Assembly (NCBI GenBank): GCA_016783945.1
Contig: JADHVP010000002.1
Span: forward strand, 852 to 64,851
Origin: Ignavibacteria bacterium
Lineage (GTDB): Bacteria; Bacteroidota; Ignavibacteria; Tepidaquicellales; Tepidaquicellaceae
Direction: 5' to 3'
Length of the DNA: 64,000 bases
The translations under genes were made by a program, and so were the position numbers. This document shows positions 38,792 to 49,363 of this stretch, one piece after another. The notes beneath the pieces were generated by a model. It searched no databases and was not told the DNA's origin. It worked only from the letters and a program-made list of their open reading frames with translations. How positions within the stretch are numbered: the stretch's first letter is position 1; each line of letters begins with the position of its first letter.

Positions 38792-40558
38792 TTATTTATC
38801 AAGCCATAAAAACCTAAAATTTACTCTATGCATTGGATCTAATGCGTATCCTCTTACATATGATTGCAATAATCTATAATCTTCACTGTAAAATATATAA
38901 AGCATTGAAGCATCTGATACAGCTATTTGTTCTGCAACTTGATACAACTTATATCTCTCAATTTTATCAGTAGTTTGTATGGCTTTCTCGAAAATCAAAT
39001 CATAATTTTCATTTTTGTATCGTGTACTATTAATTGGACTAATATCTCTTGGATCATCAGGAACATTCTTACCATAATACAAATTAAGGAAATTTTCAGG
39101 GTCTGGATAATCAGCAATCCATCCGAGACGATAAAAATCTGCCCTTCCAGCATCAATATTGTCGAGATGTTGAGCGAACGTCAGTATCTGTAGCTTGACA
39201 GTTACACCTATAGCTTTTAACATACTTTGAATTGCTTCTGCTATCTGAATGTTTCTTCCCCCACCTTCATTTATTTGCAGCGTAACTTCAGGAAAACCTG
39301 TTCCATCCGGATAGCCCGCTTCTTTCATAAACTCTTTCGCTTTCACTATATTGTAATCATATCCATCGATAACTTCAGAATCATAGTCCGGCATAGCAGG
39401 TGGGACAATTCCATAAAACGCACCTCCTGCTGCCTGCCCGTTAAGAACAAATTTAATAATCTTGTTTCTATCAATTGCATAATTGAATGCTTTTCTTACT
39501 TTATCATTTTTAAAAATCTCACTCGTCACGAGAAATCCATAATATTGTATCGTCAATGATGGAGTTCTTTGCAAAATATATTTTGAATATTCTGGTGTTA
39601 AATTCTTATTCTCATCAATGACTTCTTTAAAAGATTCTAAAGGTATCTGATAACACTCATCGAGCTTTCCATTTTGAAACTCGAGAAGCTGTTGGGATGC
39701 TTCCTTCATGAATCGAAACTGTACTTTATCTAAATAAGGAAGTTGATTACCAAATTTGTCTTTGTCCCAGTAATCTTTATTTCTTTTGAGATTTAATTCA
39801 AGGTCAGGTTTCCAATCTTTAAATACGAAAGGTCCGGTACCAACTGGATTCTGGAAAAAATCCTTCCCATACATCTCAACGGCTTCTCTTGGTACAATAT
39901 AAGCGAAACCTAAACACATATAATAAATAAATGGTCCAAAAGGTTCTTTGAGTTTTATTTGAAAAGTAGAATCATCTTTTACAATGAAACCGGAAACATC
40001 TTTTAAAACCGGTTCTCTTTCTTCTCTATTTGCTATCGTTATTTCACGAAAATATTCTTCTGCACCAACAACTCTATTTTTATAATAATCATAACCCAAT
40101 GGAGTCGTTCTTGGATCGCAAATTCTATCGAATGAATATTTCACATCGAGTGCATTCATTTCTCTGCCCTTACCGTCAGGAAAGCAAGAATTATCATGAA
40201 ACTTAACACCTTTTCTTAAATGAAACGTATACAACGTCCCATCATCTGAAATCTCCCACCTTGTTGCTAATTGAGGAACGATCTGTAAATTAGAATCTAA
40301 ATCTATTAACAGATCATATATTTGATGTGCAACATGATGAGAAACAACATCGTTTATACCAACCGGATCCAATCCTCGAATATTTTCAGTCTCATTTATT
40401 GTGTATGTACCACCTCTTTTCAATTCTCCTTCAATTGGAATAATATTTTCTTCAACTTCATTCCCACAGTTGAAAAATATTATTGCAATTAAAATAAGAA
40501 TTGTTCTAAAAACTTCTACTTTCAATTTGATAATTTTTTTGAATGGGAATTTATCCAT
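38792..40558 (-). CDS. ABC transporter substrate-binding lipoprotein (peptide/nickel family 5)
   Basis: Family-5 SBP features (LATRWEISDDGTLYTFHLRKGVKFHD; ...GWIADYPDPENFL). I prefer the start at MDKFPFKK (ATG at 40556-40558), which gives the lipoprotein signal ...IFFNCGN. The ORF-track start at 40600 is the alternative. Confidence 0.8.
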   Translation of the reverse strand: MDKFPFKKIIKLKVEVFRTILILIAIIFFNCGNEVEENIIPIEGELKRGGTYTINETENIRGLDPVGINDVVSHHVAHQIYDLLIDLDSNLQIVPQLATRWEISDDGTLYTFHLRKGVKFHDNSCFPDGKGREMNALDVKYSFDRICDPRTTPLGYDYYKNRVVGAEEYFREITIANREEREPVLKDVSGFIVKDDSTFQIKLKEPFGPFIYYMCLGFAYIVPREAVEMYGKDFFQNPVGTGPFVFKDWKPDLELNLKRNKDYWDKDKFGNQLPYLDKVQFRFMKEASQQLLEFQNGKLDECYQIPLESFKEVIDENKNLTPEYSKYILQRTPSLTIQYYGFLVTSEIFKNDKVRKAFNYAIDRNKIIKFVLNGQAAGGAFYGIVPPAMPDYDSEVIDGYDYNIVKAKEFMKEAGYPDGTGFPEVTLQINEGGGRNIQIAEAIQSMLKAIGVTVKLQILTFAQHLDNIDAGRADFYRLGWIADYPDPENFLNLYYGKNVPDDPRDISPINSTRYKNENYDLIFEKAIQTTDKIERYKLYQVAEQIAVSDASMLYIFYSEDYRLLQSYVRGYALDPMHRVNFRFLWLDK

Positions 40559-40641
40559 AATTACGTTTACAAGCAATGTTTTAACACCAAATTTCAACAT
40601 TATTTATATTAACCAGTGTTAAACCGAAATTGTTCTGCGGA

Positions 40642-41457
40642 TTACTTTCTGAGAAGAGAATTTATTTCTCTGTTAAGCTCTAACGTGCTTTTTCTAACAG
40701 TGTTAACAAATTCTTTTTTACTGGAATTCATACTTGCAGAGTAGATAATTCCCCTGCTTGAGTTTATTAAGAAAAGATTGTTGTGTAAGTTTTTCAAAAG
40801 AAGTTCAAGGTCATTCTTTTGTGCACCAATACCGGGAATTAAGATAGGAATGTCTTTATATACAGATAAATACTTTTTAATCACATCAACGTGGTTCGCA
40901 CCAATAACGAAACCGATATTTTTATTTTGATTCCATTCGATACATTTTTCAACAACTTTATCAAAAAGTGAAACTTTTCCTGTTTTACATTTTTGAAAAT
41001 CTTCATGACCTATATTTGAAGTTAATATAAGAACGTAAGTAAGTTTATCTTTTCGTTTTATGAATGGCATGATTGAATCTCTGCCGAGATAGGGATTAAA
41101 AGTAATTGAATCGAAATCCAGATTGTCAAAGTAAGCTCTTGCATATAATTCGTCCGTATTTTCAATATCACCACGCTTTGCATCACAAATTTTAATTAAA
41201 TCAAACGGAATACTTTCTAAAGAATTTCTTAACGTATCGAAACCCTTTGATCCATTAACTTCATAAAAAGCCATGTTAATTTTATAACCCGCAACTAACT
41301 CTTTTGTAGATTCAATAATTAATTTATTAAATTGTAATTCCGGATTCTTATACTTTAGAAAAAACTTAGGTATCTTATTGACATCTATATCTAATCCAAT
41401 AACGAGGTGGGAATTATTTTTTTTAATTATTTTTTTAAGCTTTATTGTATAAACCAA
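40642..41457 (-). CDS. pyrF: orotidine-5'-phosphate decarboxylase (type 2)
   Basis: LVIGLDID..., KICDAKRGDIENT, and ...PGIGAQ. Confidence 0.75.
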   Translation of the reverse strand: MVYTIKLKKIIKKNNSHLVIGLDIDVNKIPKFFLKYKNPELQFNKLIIESTKELVAGYKINMAFYEVNGSKGFDTLRNSLESIPFDLIKICDAKRGDIENTDELYARAYFDNLDFDSITFNPYLGRDSIMPFIKRKDKLTYVLILTSNIGHEDFQKCKTGKVSLFDKVVEKCIEWNQNKNIGFVIGANHVDVIKKYLSVYKDIPILIPGIGAQKNDLELLLKNLHNNLFLINSSRGIIYSASMNSSKKEFVNTVRKSTLELNREINSLLRK

Positions 41458-41482
41458 AATCGAAGTATTAAATTTTAAAATG

Positions 41483-42715
41483 CTAAGTGAAAATTTTCCT
41501 GTTTCTATAGGTGTTCATACCTATACCTATCATTATCATAAAAGATAAAAGAGACGAGACACCGTAACTGACGAGCGGTAAAGGTATACCAATAACAGGC
41601 ATTATACCTACTGTCATTCCAACGTTAATAACAAGATGAAACATCATTATACTTGCAATCCCGATACAAGACAACCCAAGAAATCTATTCTTTGAAATAT
41701 ATGCATTATTTATAAACTGTATGATCAAGATTATATACAACATTACTAACAATGCAGCTCCAATAAATCCAAATTCTTCCCCTATCATACAGAAAATAAA
41801 ATCCGTCCATTGTTCAGGTATGAATTTTAACTGTGTTTGAGTACCCTGTAAATATCCCTTCCCGAATAATCCTCCAGAACCGATTGCAACTTTTGATTGT
41901 ATGACATTATATCCACTTCCAAGAGGATCTGATGTTGGATCGAATACTGTCATTATTCGTTTTTGTTGGTAAGGTTGAAGTGTACTGAAAAGCTTTTCAA
42001 CAGATATACCGGCGGCAACATTTATAAGGAATACTATAATTAATAAATATACTTTTCTTTTAAATAAAATTAATACAATTAAAACCAATAATAATGCAGC
42101 ATAAAAATAATAGTCTCCTAAAAATAATGCAATTAATGATATTACAATTGGAGAGATGATTGTAAATAACACAAAAGGAGAAAGACCTGCCCAGAAAAAA
42201 ACTGGTAACAACATTGAAAGAAAAACAATTGACGTTCCTAAATCTGGTTGTTTCATTATTAATGCTACTGGAATTAATACTATGGCACAGGCTTTTAAAA
42301 AATCGAGTGGCTTATTAATGTTCCTTTCTTTTTCTTCGGAAGTTAAAAATTTTGAAAGAGCTAGTACAGTTGCTATTTTAGCAAACTCTGATGGCTGTAA
42401 CCCGAATCCACCAATGCTAAACCAACTCTTTGAACCTGATATAGATTTCCCAAATACTAAGACCAACACTAACAAAATTAAGGAGAAAATATAAATCATG
42501 TATGAAATGTTAGAAAGGTATCTTGGAGGTAAATAGCTAACACCTATCATAATAGCCAGACCGACGAAAGAAAAATACAATTGTTTATAAAATAAATCAG
42601 AGTCTATTTCACTACTAAATGTAGCACTGTATATTGCCACAAGCCCTACTGAAACAATTAAGACTGCAACTACTAACGTAAAAGTATCGAATTTTTCTAA
42701 AAACTTATTTGCCAT
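41483..42715 (-). CDS. rodA: peptidoglycan glycosyltransferase RodA (FtsW/RodA/SpoVE family)
   Basis: 10-TM SEDS protein (FGLQPSEFAKI; PEQWTDFIF; GIPLPLVSYGVSS) immediately downstream of mrdA. Confidence 0.9.
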   Translation of the reverse strand: MANKFLEKFDTFTLVVAVLIVSVGLVAIYSATFSSEIDSDLFYKQLYFSFVGLAIMIGVSYLPPRYLSNISYMIYIFSLILLVLVLVFGKSISGSKSWFSIGGFGLQPSEFAKIATVLALSKFLTSEEKERNINKPLDFLKACAIVLIPVALIMKQPDLGTSIVFLSMLLPVFFWAGLSPFVLFTIISPIVISLIALFLGDYYFYAALLLVLIVLILFKRKVYLLIIVFLINVAAGISVEKLFSTLQPYQQKRIMTVFDPTSDPLGSGYNVIQSKVAIGSGGLFGKGYLQGTQTQLKFIPEQWTDFIFCMIGEEFGFIGAALLVMLYIILIIQFINNAYISKNRFLGLSCIGIASIMMFHLVINVGMTVGIMPVIGIPLPLVSYGVSSLLSFMIMIGIGMNTYRNRKIFT

Positions 42716-42747
42716 AAATCTAATAAATGAAAATGAAACACCTAAAA

Positions 42748-44535
42748 CTAATCTCTTACTATTACAGTTGAACCTTCTTCATAAACATCCTCAGTATTAC
42801 CGCTAAGATATCTTATCATAATTGCTGCAGCTAAAGGGGCTGCAAACTGACTTCCCCAACCAGCATTTTCTCCCAAAACACAAACAGCAATCTGTGGATT
42901 ATCGTAAGGAGCAAATCCAACAAACCATGAATGGTTATTTCCTTTTGTGACCTGTGCTGTACCGGTTTTGCCGGCAAGAACAAACTCGCTCGAGCGTATG
43001 TTTTTTGCAGTACCGTTACCATTGACCACTAAATACATTCCCTTCTTTATAGCCTTAAAATATTCATTCGGAAGTTCTATCCTTCTTTGTTCAAATTCTA
43101 AAATCTCTTCCTGCCCCGTTATAGGATTTACAATTCTTCTAACAATATGAGGTTGAATATACAAGCCTTCCATAGAAATTGCGGCAGTATATGCAACCAT
43201 CTGCACTGGAGTTACACCAAGCTCACCCTGCCCAATTCCGAGACTGACCAAAAAACCCTGAGTCCAGCCTTTCGGTCCATAAACTTTATTAAAATATTCT
43301 TCGGAAGGAAGCAAACCGGAAATTTCACCCGGGATATCGACTCCTGTTTTTAAACCAAACCCAAACATCTTACCGTACTTGTTATAATTGTCAAGTCCGA
43401 CTTTCAATCCTAATTTATAAAAGAAAACATTCGCAGAAACTTCGATTGCTCTTGTTACATTAATAGACCCATAAGCACCGTGATCTTCGAATGTTCTATT
43501 ACCATATCTGAAAGAACCTCCGCATGAAATTGTGGAAGTGGTTGTAATCACTCCGCTGCCGAGTCCGGCAAAACCCATTAACATTTTCCATGTTGATCCC
43601 GGAGGCTGCCTGGATTGCACAACTCGATTGAATAATGGTTTATCTTTGTGCAATAATAGGTCAGCGAACACTTTTGAGTCGGTTGGACCCGAGAAAAGTG
43701 ATAGATCAAAATCCGGTTTTGAAACCATGCACAAAATTTCGCCTGTTCTTGGGTCGAGCGCAATAATCGCTCCCCTTCGACTACCGAGACGATTCTCAGC
43801 ATATTCCTGTAATTCTGAATCCAGAGACAAAAGAAGATCAAAACCATTTACCGGTTTAATATCGTCTTTACCATCGTTGTAACTTCCAACCTCCTTACCT
43901 TTCACATCAACGGATACTAACTTACGTCCCTTCTCACCTCTGAGATAATTCTCATAAAATCTTTCTAAGCCTGATGAACCCATTACATCACCTTGAGTAT
44001 AGTAATTTCCTACCTGCTTATCTAATTGTTTTTCAGATATCTCTTTTGTGTATCCAAAAGTATGAGAAGCTTTAAAAGTATTTGGATAAAACCGAAGAGC
44101 TTCAACCTGGTAATCTACTCCACGTAACCTTTCTTTATTTTCTTCGATGTAAGAAATTACCCGAAACTCCACATCCCTTTTTATTTTTACAGGACTGAAT
44201 CTGTTTGTTCCTTTAACTTTCGATAATATTTCGTTGATGTACTCCGGTGTAACTTCGATTAGATTTGCAACTTCATTTAAATTATCAAAATTAAATTGCG
44301 AATGTGTGATCATCAATGAGTAAGCCGGTTTATTATCAACAACAACTTTACCATTTCTGTCATACATCAAACCCCTGGCAGGTATGTCAGTAATAATTTT
44401 TACGGAATTCTTTTGAGATTTTTTTCCAAACTCTTCAACGTTTAAGAGTTGCAACTGTATAAGCCTGCCTATTAAAATAGCTAGTATAGCAAAACAAATT
44501 GAAAATATTATATATTTTTTAATTGCCAGATCCAT
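42748..44535 (-). CDS. mrdA: penicillin-binding protein 2 (elongasome transpeptidase)
   Basis: SxxK (PGSTWK), SxN-like and KTG (GKTGTAQ) motifs, within the mreBCD-mrdA-rodA order. Confidence 0.9.
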   Translation of the reverse strand: MDLAIKKYIIFSICFAILAILIGRLIQLQLLNVEEFGKKSQKNSVKIITDIPARGLMYDRNGKVVVDNKPAYSLMITHSQFNFDNLNEVANLIEVTPEYINEILSKVKGTNRFSPVKIKRDVEFRVISYIEENKERLRGVDYQVEALRFYPNTFKASHTFGYTKEISEKQLDKQVGNYYTQGDVMGSSGLERFYENYLRGEKGRKLVSVDVKGKEVGSYNDGKDDIKPVNGFDLLLSLDSELQEYAENRLGSRRGAIIALDPRTGEILCMVSKPDFDLSLFSGPTDSKVFADLLLHKDKPLFNRVVQSRQPPGSTWKMLMGFAGLGSGVITTTSTISCGGSFRYGNRTFEDHGAYGSINVTRAIEVSANVFFYKLGLKVGLDNYNKYGKMFGFGLKTGVDIPGEISGLLPSEEYFNKVYGPKGWTQGFLVSLGIGQGELGVTPVQMVAYTAAISMEGLYIQPHIVRRIVNPITGQEEILEFEQRRIELPNEYFKAIKKGMYLVVNGNGTAKNIRSSEFVLAGKTGTAQVTKGNNHSWFVGFAPYDNPQIAVCVLGENAGWGSQFAAPLAAAIMIRYLSGNTEDVYEEGSTVIVRD

Positions 44536-44536
44536 T

Positions 44537-45034
44537 CTAATAAACTTTTTCTGTTTCCTTTCTCTTTAGAATTACAACAAAAATAATACTGATTAAAGTT
44601 GTATATGTTGAAGTTGAAGTAACATACTTTGTCAATACTTCCCAGAATAAAACCACCGTACCCTGAAAGTATATTTCGAAATAAATAAAATTTCCGATAA
44701 ATGAACACAAAAATAATATCAATAAGAAATAATACTTTGTTAAATATTTATCCTCTTCTCTTTTGAAATACCCGGCGATAAATCCTGCTACTGAATATGA
44801 AAGCGCAAGTAAACCAAGAAAAGTTCCACTCAATATATCCAGGATTAAACCGGAAATAAAACCACCAATAGATCCATCAATGCTACCTCTTTTTACACCA
44901 ATATAAACAACAGCTATTATAACAATATCAGGAGTTATATTATAATTTGTTATTGCAAGTAACCATACAAGTGATTTCTGTAAAAGAATTAGCAGAACTA
45001 ATATTAAAAAATATTTCAGGTATGAAATAATCAA
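44537..45034 (-). CDS. mreD: rod shape-determining protein MreD
   Basis: 165-aa polytopic membrane protein between mreC and mrdA. Confidence 0.75.
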   Translation of the reverse strand: MIISYLKYFLILVLLILLQKSLVWLLAITNYNITPDIVIIAVVYIGVKRGSIDGSIGGFISGLILDILSGTFLGLLALSYSVAGFIAGYFKREEDKYLTKYYFLLILFLCSFIGNFIYFEIYFQGTVVLFWEVLTKYVTSTSTYTTLISIIFVVILKRKETEKVY

Positions 45035-45046
45035 ATATAATATATA

Positions 45047-45880
45047 CTATTTTTTATCTGGAATAAATATTTTTTCAAGTTCTTCTCTTTCGATATTTGG
45101 TGAATGCTTTAAAATGAAAACTTCTTCTAATACATCAAAATCAACAAGGGGTATAATTATTATTTTTTTAAAAAGATTATCGAGGTTACCCGATTCTGTA
45201 ACAGTACCAATCGGTATTCCTGCTGGAAATGTATTGCTATATTCAGATGTAATGATGATGTCCCCCAAAGTTAAATCAGCATTCTTAGGAACGTTTGAAA
45301 CCATGAGATTACCCGCTCCATCGTAATTTAATATTCCATCTACCCGGCTTCTTTGTGATTTTACCGTAATCTTTAAATCTTTGTTATAAAGGATTTGAGC
45401 TAAGGAATAATTCTCACTTGTACCAACAATCCTGCCAACCAAACCATCGTCTGTTATTACAGGCATGTTAATTCTTACACTATCGGCTTCACCAACGTTA
45501 AGAGTTATTGTATTTCTTGTTTGTATTAAAGACTTGTTTACTATTGAAGCACTTACTACACCTAATTCATTATTCTGTCTCAAGTTTAATAACTTTGTAA
45601 GACGGATATTTAAGAGTTTCGATTCTTTTAAATTAGATATTTCGTTCGATAGTTTAATGTTCTTCTCTCTAAGATATTCATTTTCCCTTTCAAGTTCGAA
45701 AACATTAGGTATAGCTGAAAGCCCGCTTTGAAATGTCCCGAAGGTGCTAATAGCAACAGCTCTTAAGAAACGTATCTGAGTATTATCGTTCGAAAAAATC
45801 ATTATGAGTGAAAGAATAATCAACAATGTCAATATTAGATATTCTTTTACTTCAATGACAAATACGCCTATCTTTTTCAA
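45047..45880 (-). CDS. mreC: rod shape-determining protein MreC
   Basis: N-terminal TM segment, a coiled coil (ERENEYLREKNIKLSNEISNLKE), and beta-barrel domains (PVITDDGLVGRIV...; GIPIGTV). Confidence 0.85.
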   Translation of the reverse strand: MKKIGVFVIEVKEYLILTLLIILSLIMIFSNDNTQIRFLRAVAISTFGTFQSGLSAIPNVFELERENEYLREKNIKLSNEISNLKESKLLNIRLTKLLNLRQNNELGVVSASIVNKSLIQTRNTITLNVGEADSVRINMPVITDDGLVGRIVGTSENYSLAQILYNKDLKITVKSQRSRVDGILNYDGAGNLMVSNVPKNADLTLGDIIITSEYSNTFPAGIPIGTVTESGNLDNLFKKIIIIPLVDFDVLEEVFILKHSPNIEREELEKIFIPDKK

Positions 45881-45976
45881 ATATAATTTTTAGGATTGAA
45901 AATTTATTTGATTGGTTAAATATAGAAGTTTATTACTTAGAGTTCTATCTAATTTTTTCTTATCTTTTAGAAATAA

Positions 45977-46993
45977 TTACCGTTTCAACATTACTTTCCT
46001 GTATTTATCGAGATCCTCAAGTACTTTTCCAGTACCTTTTGCAACTGCGGTTAGAGAATCCTCTGCGATATGAACCGGTACACCTGTTTCAACTCTTATT
46101 CTTTCATCGAGTCCTTTAATTAATGCTCCACCACCTGTTAGGAAAATTCCCCTTTCCAATATATCGGAAGATAATTCCGGTGCAGTTTTCTCAAGAGCGA
46201 CTTTGACTGCTTCAACCATTTGAGCAACCGGAGGATTTAAAGCTTCCCTTATTTCTATTGAGCTTACTTCTGTTATTTTGGGTATACCTGCAACTAAATC
46301 TCTACCCTTAACTTCGATGATAACTTCTTCCTTCAAAGGCATCACCGAACCAACCTGACATTTAATTTCTTCCGCAGTTCTTTCACCAATTAGCATGTTC
46401 TGGTTACTTCTAAAGAATCTGATTATGGCATCGGTTAATTCATCGCCTGCAATCCTGATTGATACGCCATTCGTAATACCAGACAAAGCAATAACAGCAA
46501 TCTCAGTAGTGCCACCGCCAACATCGATGAGCATGTTTCCAAAAGGAGCAAAGACATCTAAACCAATTCCGATTGCAGCAGCCATGGGTTCTGAAATGAG
46601 ATGCACTTCTTTTGCACCTGCATGTTCAGCTGTATCCCTGACAGCTCTTTTTTCAACTTCAGTGATACCACTTGGAACACAAACAACTATCCTTCTTGCC
46701 GGCATCCAATTCGAAGAGATTTTCTTTATAAACATCCTTATCATTCCCTCTGCAATTTCAAAATCAGCTATGACTCCATCCCTCATTGGACGAATAGTGT
46801 TAAGCTCTTTATGAACTCTTCCCATCATTACTTTAGCTTCCTCACCTATAGCAACTATCTTTCTTGAACTAACATCGTAGGTCACTATTGAAGGTTCATT
46901 TAAAACGATCCCTTTACCTTTCATATAAATGAGAGTGTTCGCCGTTCCAAGATCAATAGCTATATCGTTTGAAAACATTCCAAAAAATGGCAT
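45977..46993 (-). CDS. mreB: rod shape-determining protein MreB
   Basis: DIAIDLGTANTLIY, ...VDVGGGTTEIAV..., and GIFLTGGGALIKGLD. Confidence 0.95.
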   Translation of the reverse strand: MPFFGMFSNDIAIDLGTANTLIYMKGKGIVLNEPSIVTYDVSSRKIVAIGEEAKVMMGRVHKELNTIRPMRDGVIADFEIAEGMIRMFIKKISSNWMPARRIVVCVPSGITEVEKRAVRDTAEHAGAKEVHLISEPMAAAIGIGLDVFAPFGNMLIDVGGGTTEIAVIALSGITNGVSIRIAGDELTDAIIRFFRSNQNMLIGERTAEEIKCQVGSVMPLKEEVIIEVKGRDLVAGIPKITEVSSIEIREALNPPVAQMVEAVKVALEKTAPELSSDILERGIFLTGGGALIKGLDERIRVETGVPVHIAEDSLTAVAKGTGKVLEDLDKYRKVMLKR

Positions 46994-47043
46994 ATTATTT
47001 TCCTCTTAAAATTTTCTTTTTATATTTTATAAAATTATTTTAA

Positions 47044-48597
47044 CTAATGTCTAAAATGTCTTATACCGGTAAAGACCATCGCTATGTTATGTTCATCAGC
47101 TGTCTTTATTACATCATCGTCGCGGATAGAGCCTCCCGGTTGTATTACACAACAACCACCTGCTTTTGCAATTTCAATTAATCCATCAGGAAACGGAAAA
47201 AATGCATCCGAAGCAACAACACTATCTTTTAAATCTAAATTAAACTGTTTCGCTTTAGCTGCTGCAAATTTAGTAGAGTCGATTCTTGACGGCTGCCCCG
47301 CCCCTATTGCTAATGTTCTCAAATTTTTTATAAAAACAACGGCATTAGATTTTGTATGTTTAACAACCTTATTCGCAAATATCAAATCTTTCATTTGTTC
47401 TTCCGTAGGTTTTCTTTTAGTAACGATGTTTATCTTTTCAGCATCAGCTACTTTATTATTCTTATCCTGGTAAAGATACCCGCCTACGATCTTCTTTAAT
47501 TCACTTTTATCTTTTAAAAACGTCTTGAACTCAACGAGCCTTCTGTTTTTCTTTTTTGTGAGTAATCCTAAAGCATCTTTTTCGAAACCCGGTGCAAGAA
47601 TTATCTCTGTAAAAATTTTATCAACCTCTTCTGCAGTTTTTATATCCAATCTTTGATTGAAAATTATTATTCCACCGAATGGTGATGCTGTGTCAGTTTC
47701 GAATGCTCTTATATATGCTTCGGTCAGATTTTCTGCTAATGCAATACCGCTCGGGTTCCCATGTTTTATAATTGCGCAGGCAGGTTCATCATCCTCGAAC
47801 TCATTAATAATACTATAAGCAGCGTCTATATCGAGTAGATTATTATAGGATAATTCCTTCCCATGAAGCACTTCAAAAATCTCATCAAAATCCTCTTTGA
47901 AAAGAACAGCTTCTTGATGCGGATTTTCACCATACCTTAGAATTTTAGCAGACGAAAGCTTTAACCAATCGGGTAATGCAGAATCATCAGTCTTACTAAA
48001 TTCATTTCCTGAATTTATTCTTTTAAAGTATTCCTGTATAGCAACATCATAGTTTGTTATATACGAAAATGCATTGTAAGCAAGCTGTCTTGAAAATTCT
48101 TCCGGGACACCTTCTTTATACTTGTTAAGGATGTTAATGTATTCGCCATATTGCTCAATAGAAACAAGAACGTCTACATATTTAAAATTCTTTGCCGCAG
48201 CTCTTATAAGAGTTACACCACCAATATCAATTTGCTCAATTGCTTCTTTAGCAGTCACATTTTCCTTCGCAACGGTTTCCTCAAAAGGGTATAGGTTAAC
48301 AACAACCAGATCAATCGGAAACAGTCCATGCTTTTCCATTTCTTTGATGTGCAAAGGGTTGTCTTTCTCAGACAATATTCCGGAAAATATTACCGGGTGC
48401 AATGTCTTAACCCTGCCACCGAGAACTTCAGGGAAAGATGTTAATTCCTCAACAGACCTGACCTCAATGTTGTTATCCCTTAATAGTTTGTAAGTACCAC
48501 CTGTAGAAATTAATTCATAATCAAAATTAATTAACTCTTTTGCAAAATCTACGATACCGTTTTTATCATAAACGCTTATTAATACCTTCTTTTTCAA
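47044..48597 (-). CDS. purH: bifunctional AICAR transformylase / IMP cyclohydrolase
   Basis: ISVYDKNGIVDFAKEL...STGGT...GGRVKTLHP, and a C-terminal ...MVFTGIRHFRH. Confidence 0.95.
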   Translation of the reverse strand: MKKKVLISVYDKNGIVDFAKELINFDYELISTGGTYKLLRDNNIEVRSVEELTSFPEVLGGRVKTLHPVIFSGILSEKDNPLHIKEMEKHGLFPIDLVVVNLYPFEETVAKENVTAKEAIEQIDIGGVTLIRAAAKNFKYVDVLVSIEQYGEYINILNKYKEGVPEEFSRQLAYNAFSYITNYDVAIQEYFKRINSGNEFSKTDDSALPDWLKLSSAKILRYGENPHQEAVLFKEDFDEIFEVLHGKELSYNNLLDIDAAYSIINEFEDDEPACAIIKHGNPSGIALAENLTEAYIRAFETDTASPFGGIIIFNQRLDIKTAEEVDKIFTEIILAPGFEKDALGLLTKKKNRRLVEFKTFLKDKSELKKIVGGYLYQDKNNKVADAEKINIVTKRKPTEEQMKDLIFANKVVKHTKSNAVVFIKNLRTLAIGAGQPSRIDSTKFAAAKAKQFNLDLKDSVVASDAFFPFPDGLIEIAKAGGCCVIQPGGSIRDDDVIKTADEHNIAMVFTGIRHFRH

Positions 48598-48628
48598 CTG
48601 CTTTATTTTGTAATTATAAAATTGTTTC

Positions 48629-49249
48629 CTAACCGAGCTTAATTAAACCATCCTCCATCATTTTAATAACTTGAACATAAGATTTATGTTCAAGTTTTAA
48701 AACCTTCTTCTGTAATGAAAACTCATCATCATCATCCGAGACCGGAACACACTTCTGAAATATTATGTCTCCCTCATCGTACATTTCGTTAGCAAAATGA
48801 ATCGACACCCCAGACACTTTAACGCCGGCTTCAATAACGGCTCTATGAACATTCATCCCATACATTCCTTTTCCACCAAAGGATGGTAGTAAGGCAGGAT
48901 GAATGTTGACAATCCTATTTTTATAACGCCTTACAACAGGGACCTCAATCAGTTTCATATAACCTGCAAGTATAATGAGGTCAATGTTGTGTTTCTTTAA
49001 TGCAGATAAAAAAAGATTCGAATACGTTTGGTCAGAATGATCTGTATAAACCTTTCGACTAATGTGTATAACGTTCATATTATTTCTTTTCGCAATCTCC
49101 GCAGCTTTACATTTTGAATTATTTGTAATGAGGAGGGGAATTTCAGATTTTATCTTACCCCTTTTTTTCGCTTTCAATATTGCATTGAAGGTTGTTCCAG
49201 TACCGGAAGCAAAAATACAAATATTCAAATTTCTGTAATTATTATGCAA
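48629..49249 (-). CDS. purN: phosphoribosylglycinamide formyltransferase
   Basis: IFASGTGTTFNAIL, ILAGYMKL, NIHPALLPSFGG, and SGVSIHF. Confidence 0.9.
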   Translation of the reverse strand: MHNNYRNLNICIFASGTGTTFNAILKAKKRGKIKSEIPLLITNNSKCKAAEIAKRNNMNVIHISRKVYTDHSDQTYSNLFLSALKKHNIDLIILAGYMKLIEVPVVRRYKNRIVNIHPALLPSFGGKGMYGMNVHRAVIEAGVKVSGVSIHFANEMYDEGDIIFQKCVPVSDDDDEFSLQKKVLKLEHKSYVQVIKMMEDGLIKLG

Positions 49250-49363
49250 AAATAATCAAATATTAATGCATATTCAATTGATGTTTTGATTAAATTGATA
49301 ATAATTCATCTTTTTAATCAATCATCCTGATTAGGAAGGATTTGTTTGTAAAATAATACAACC

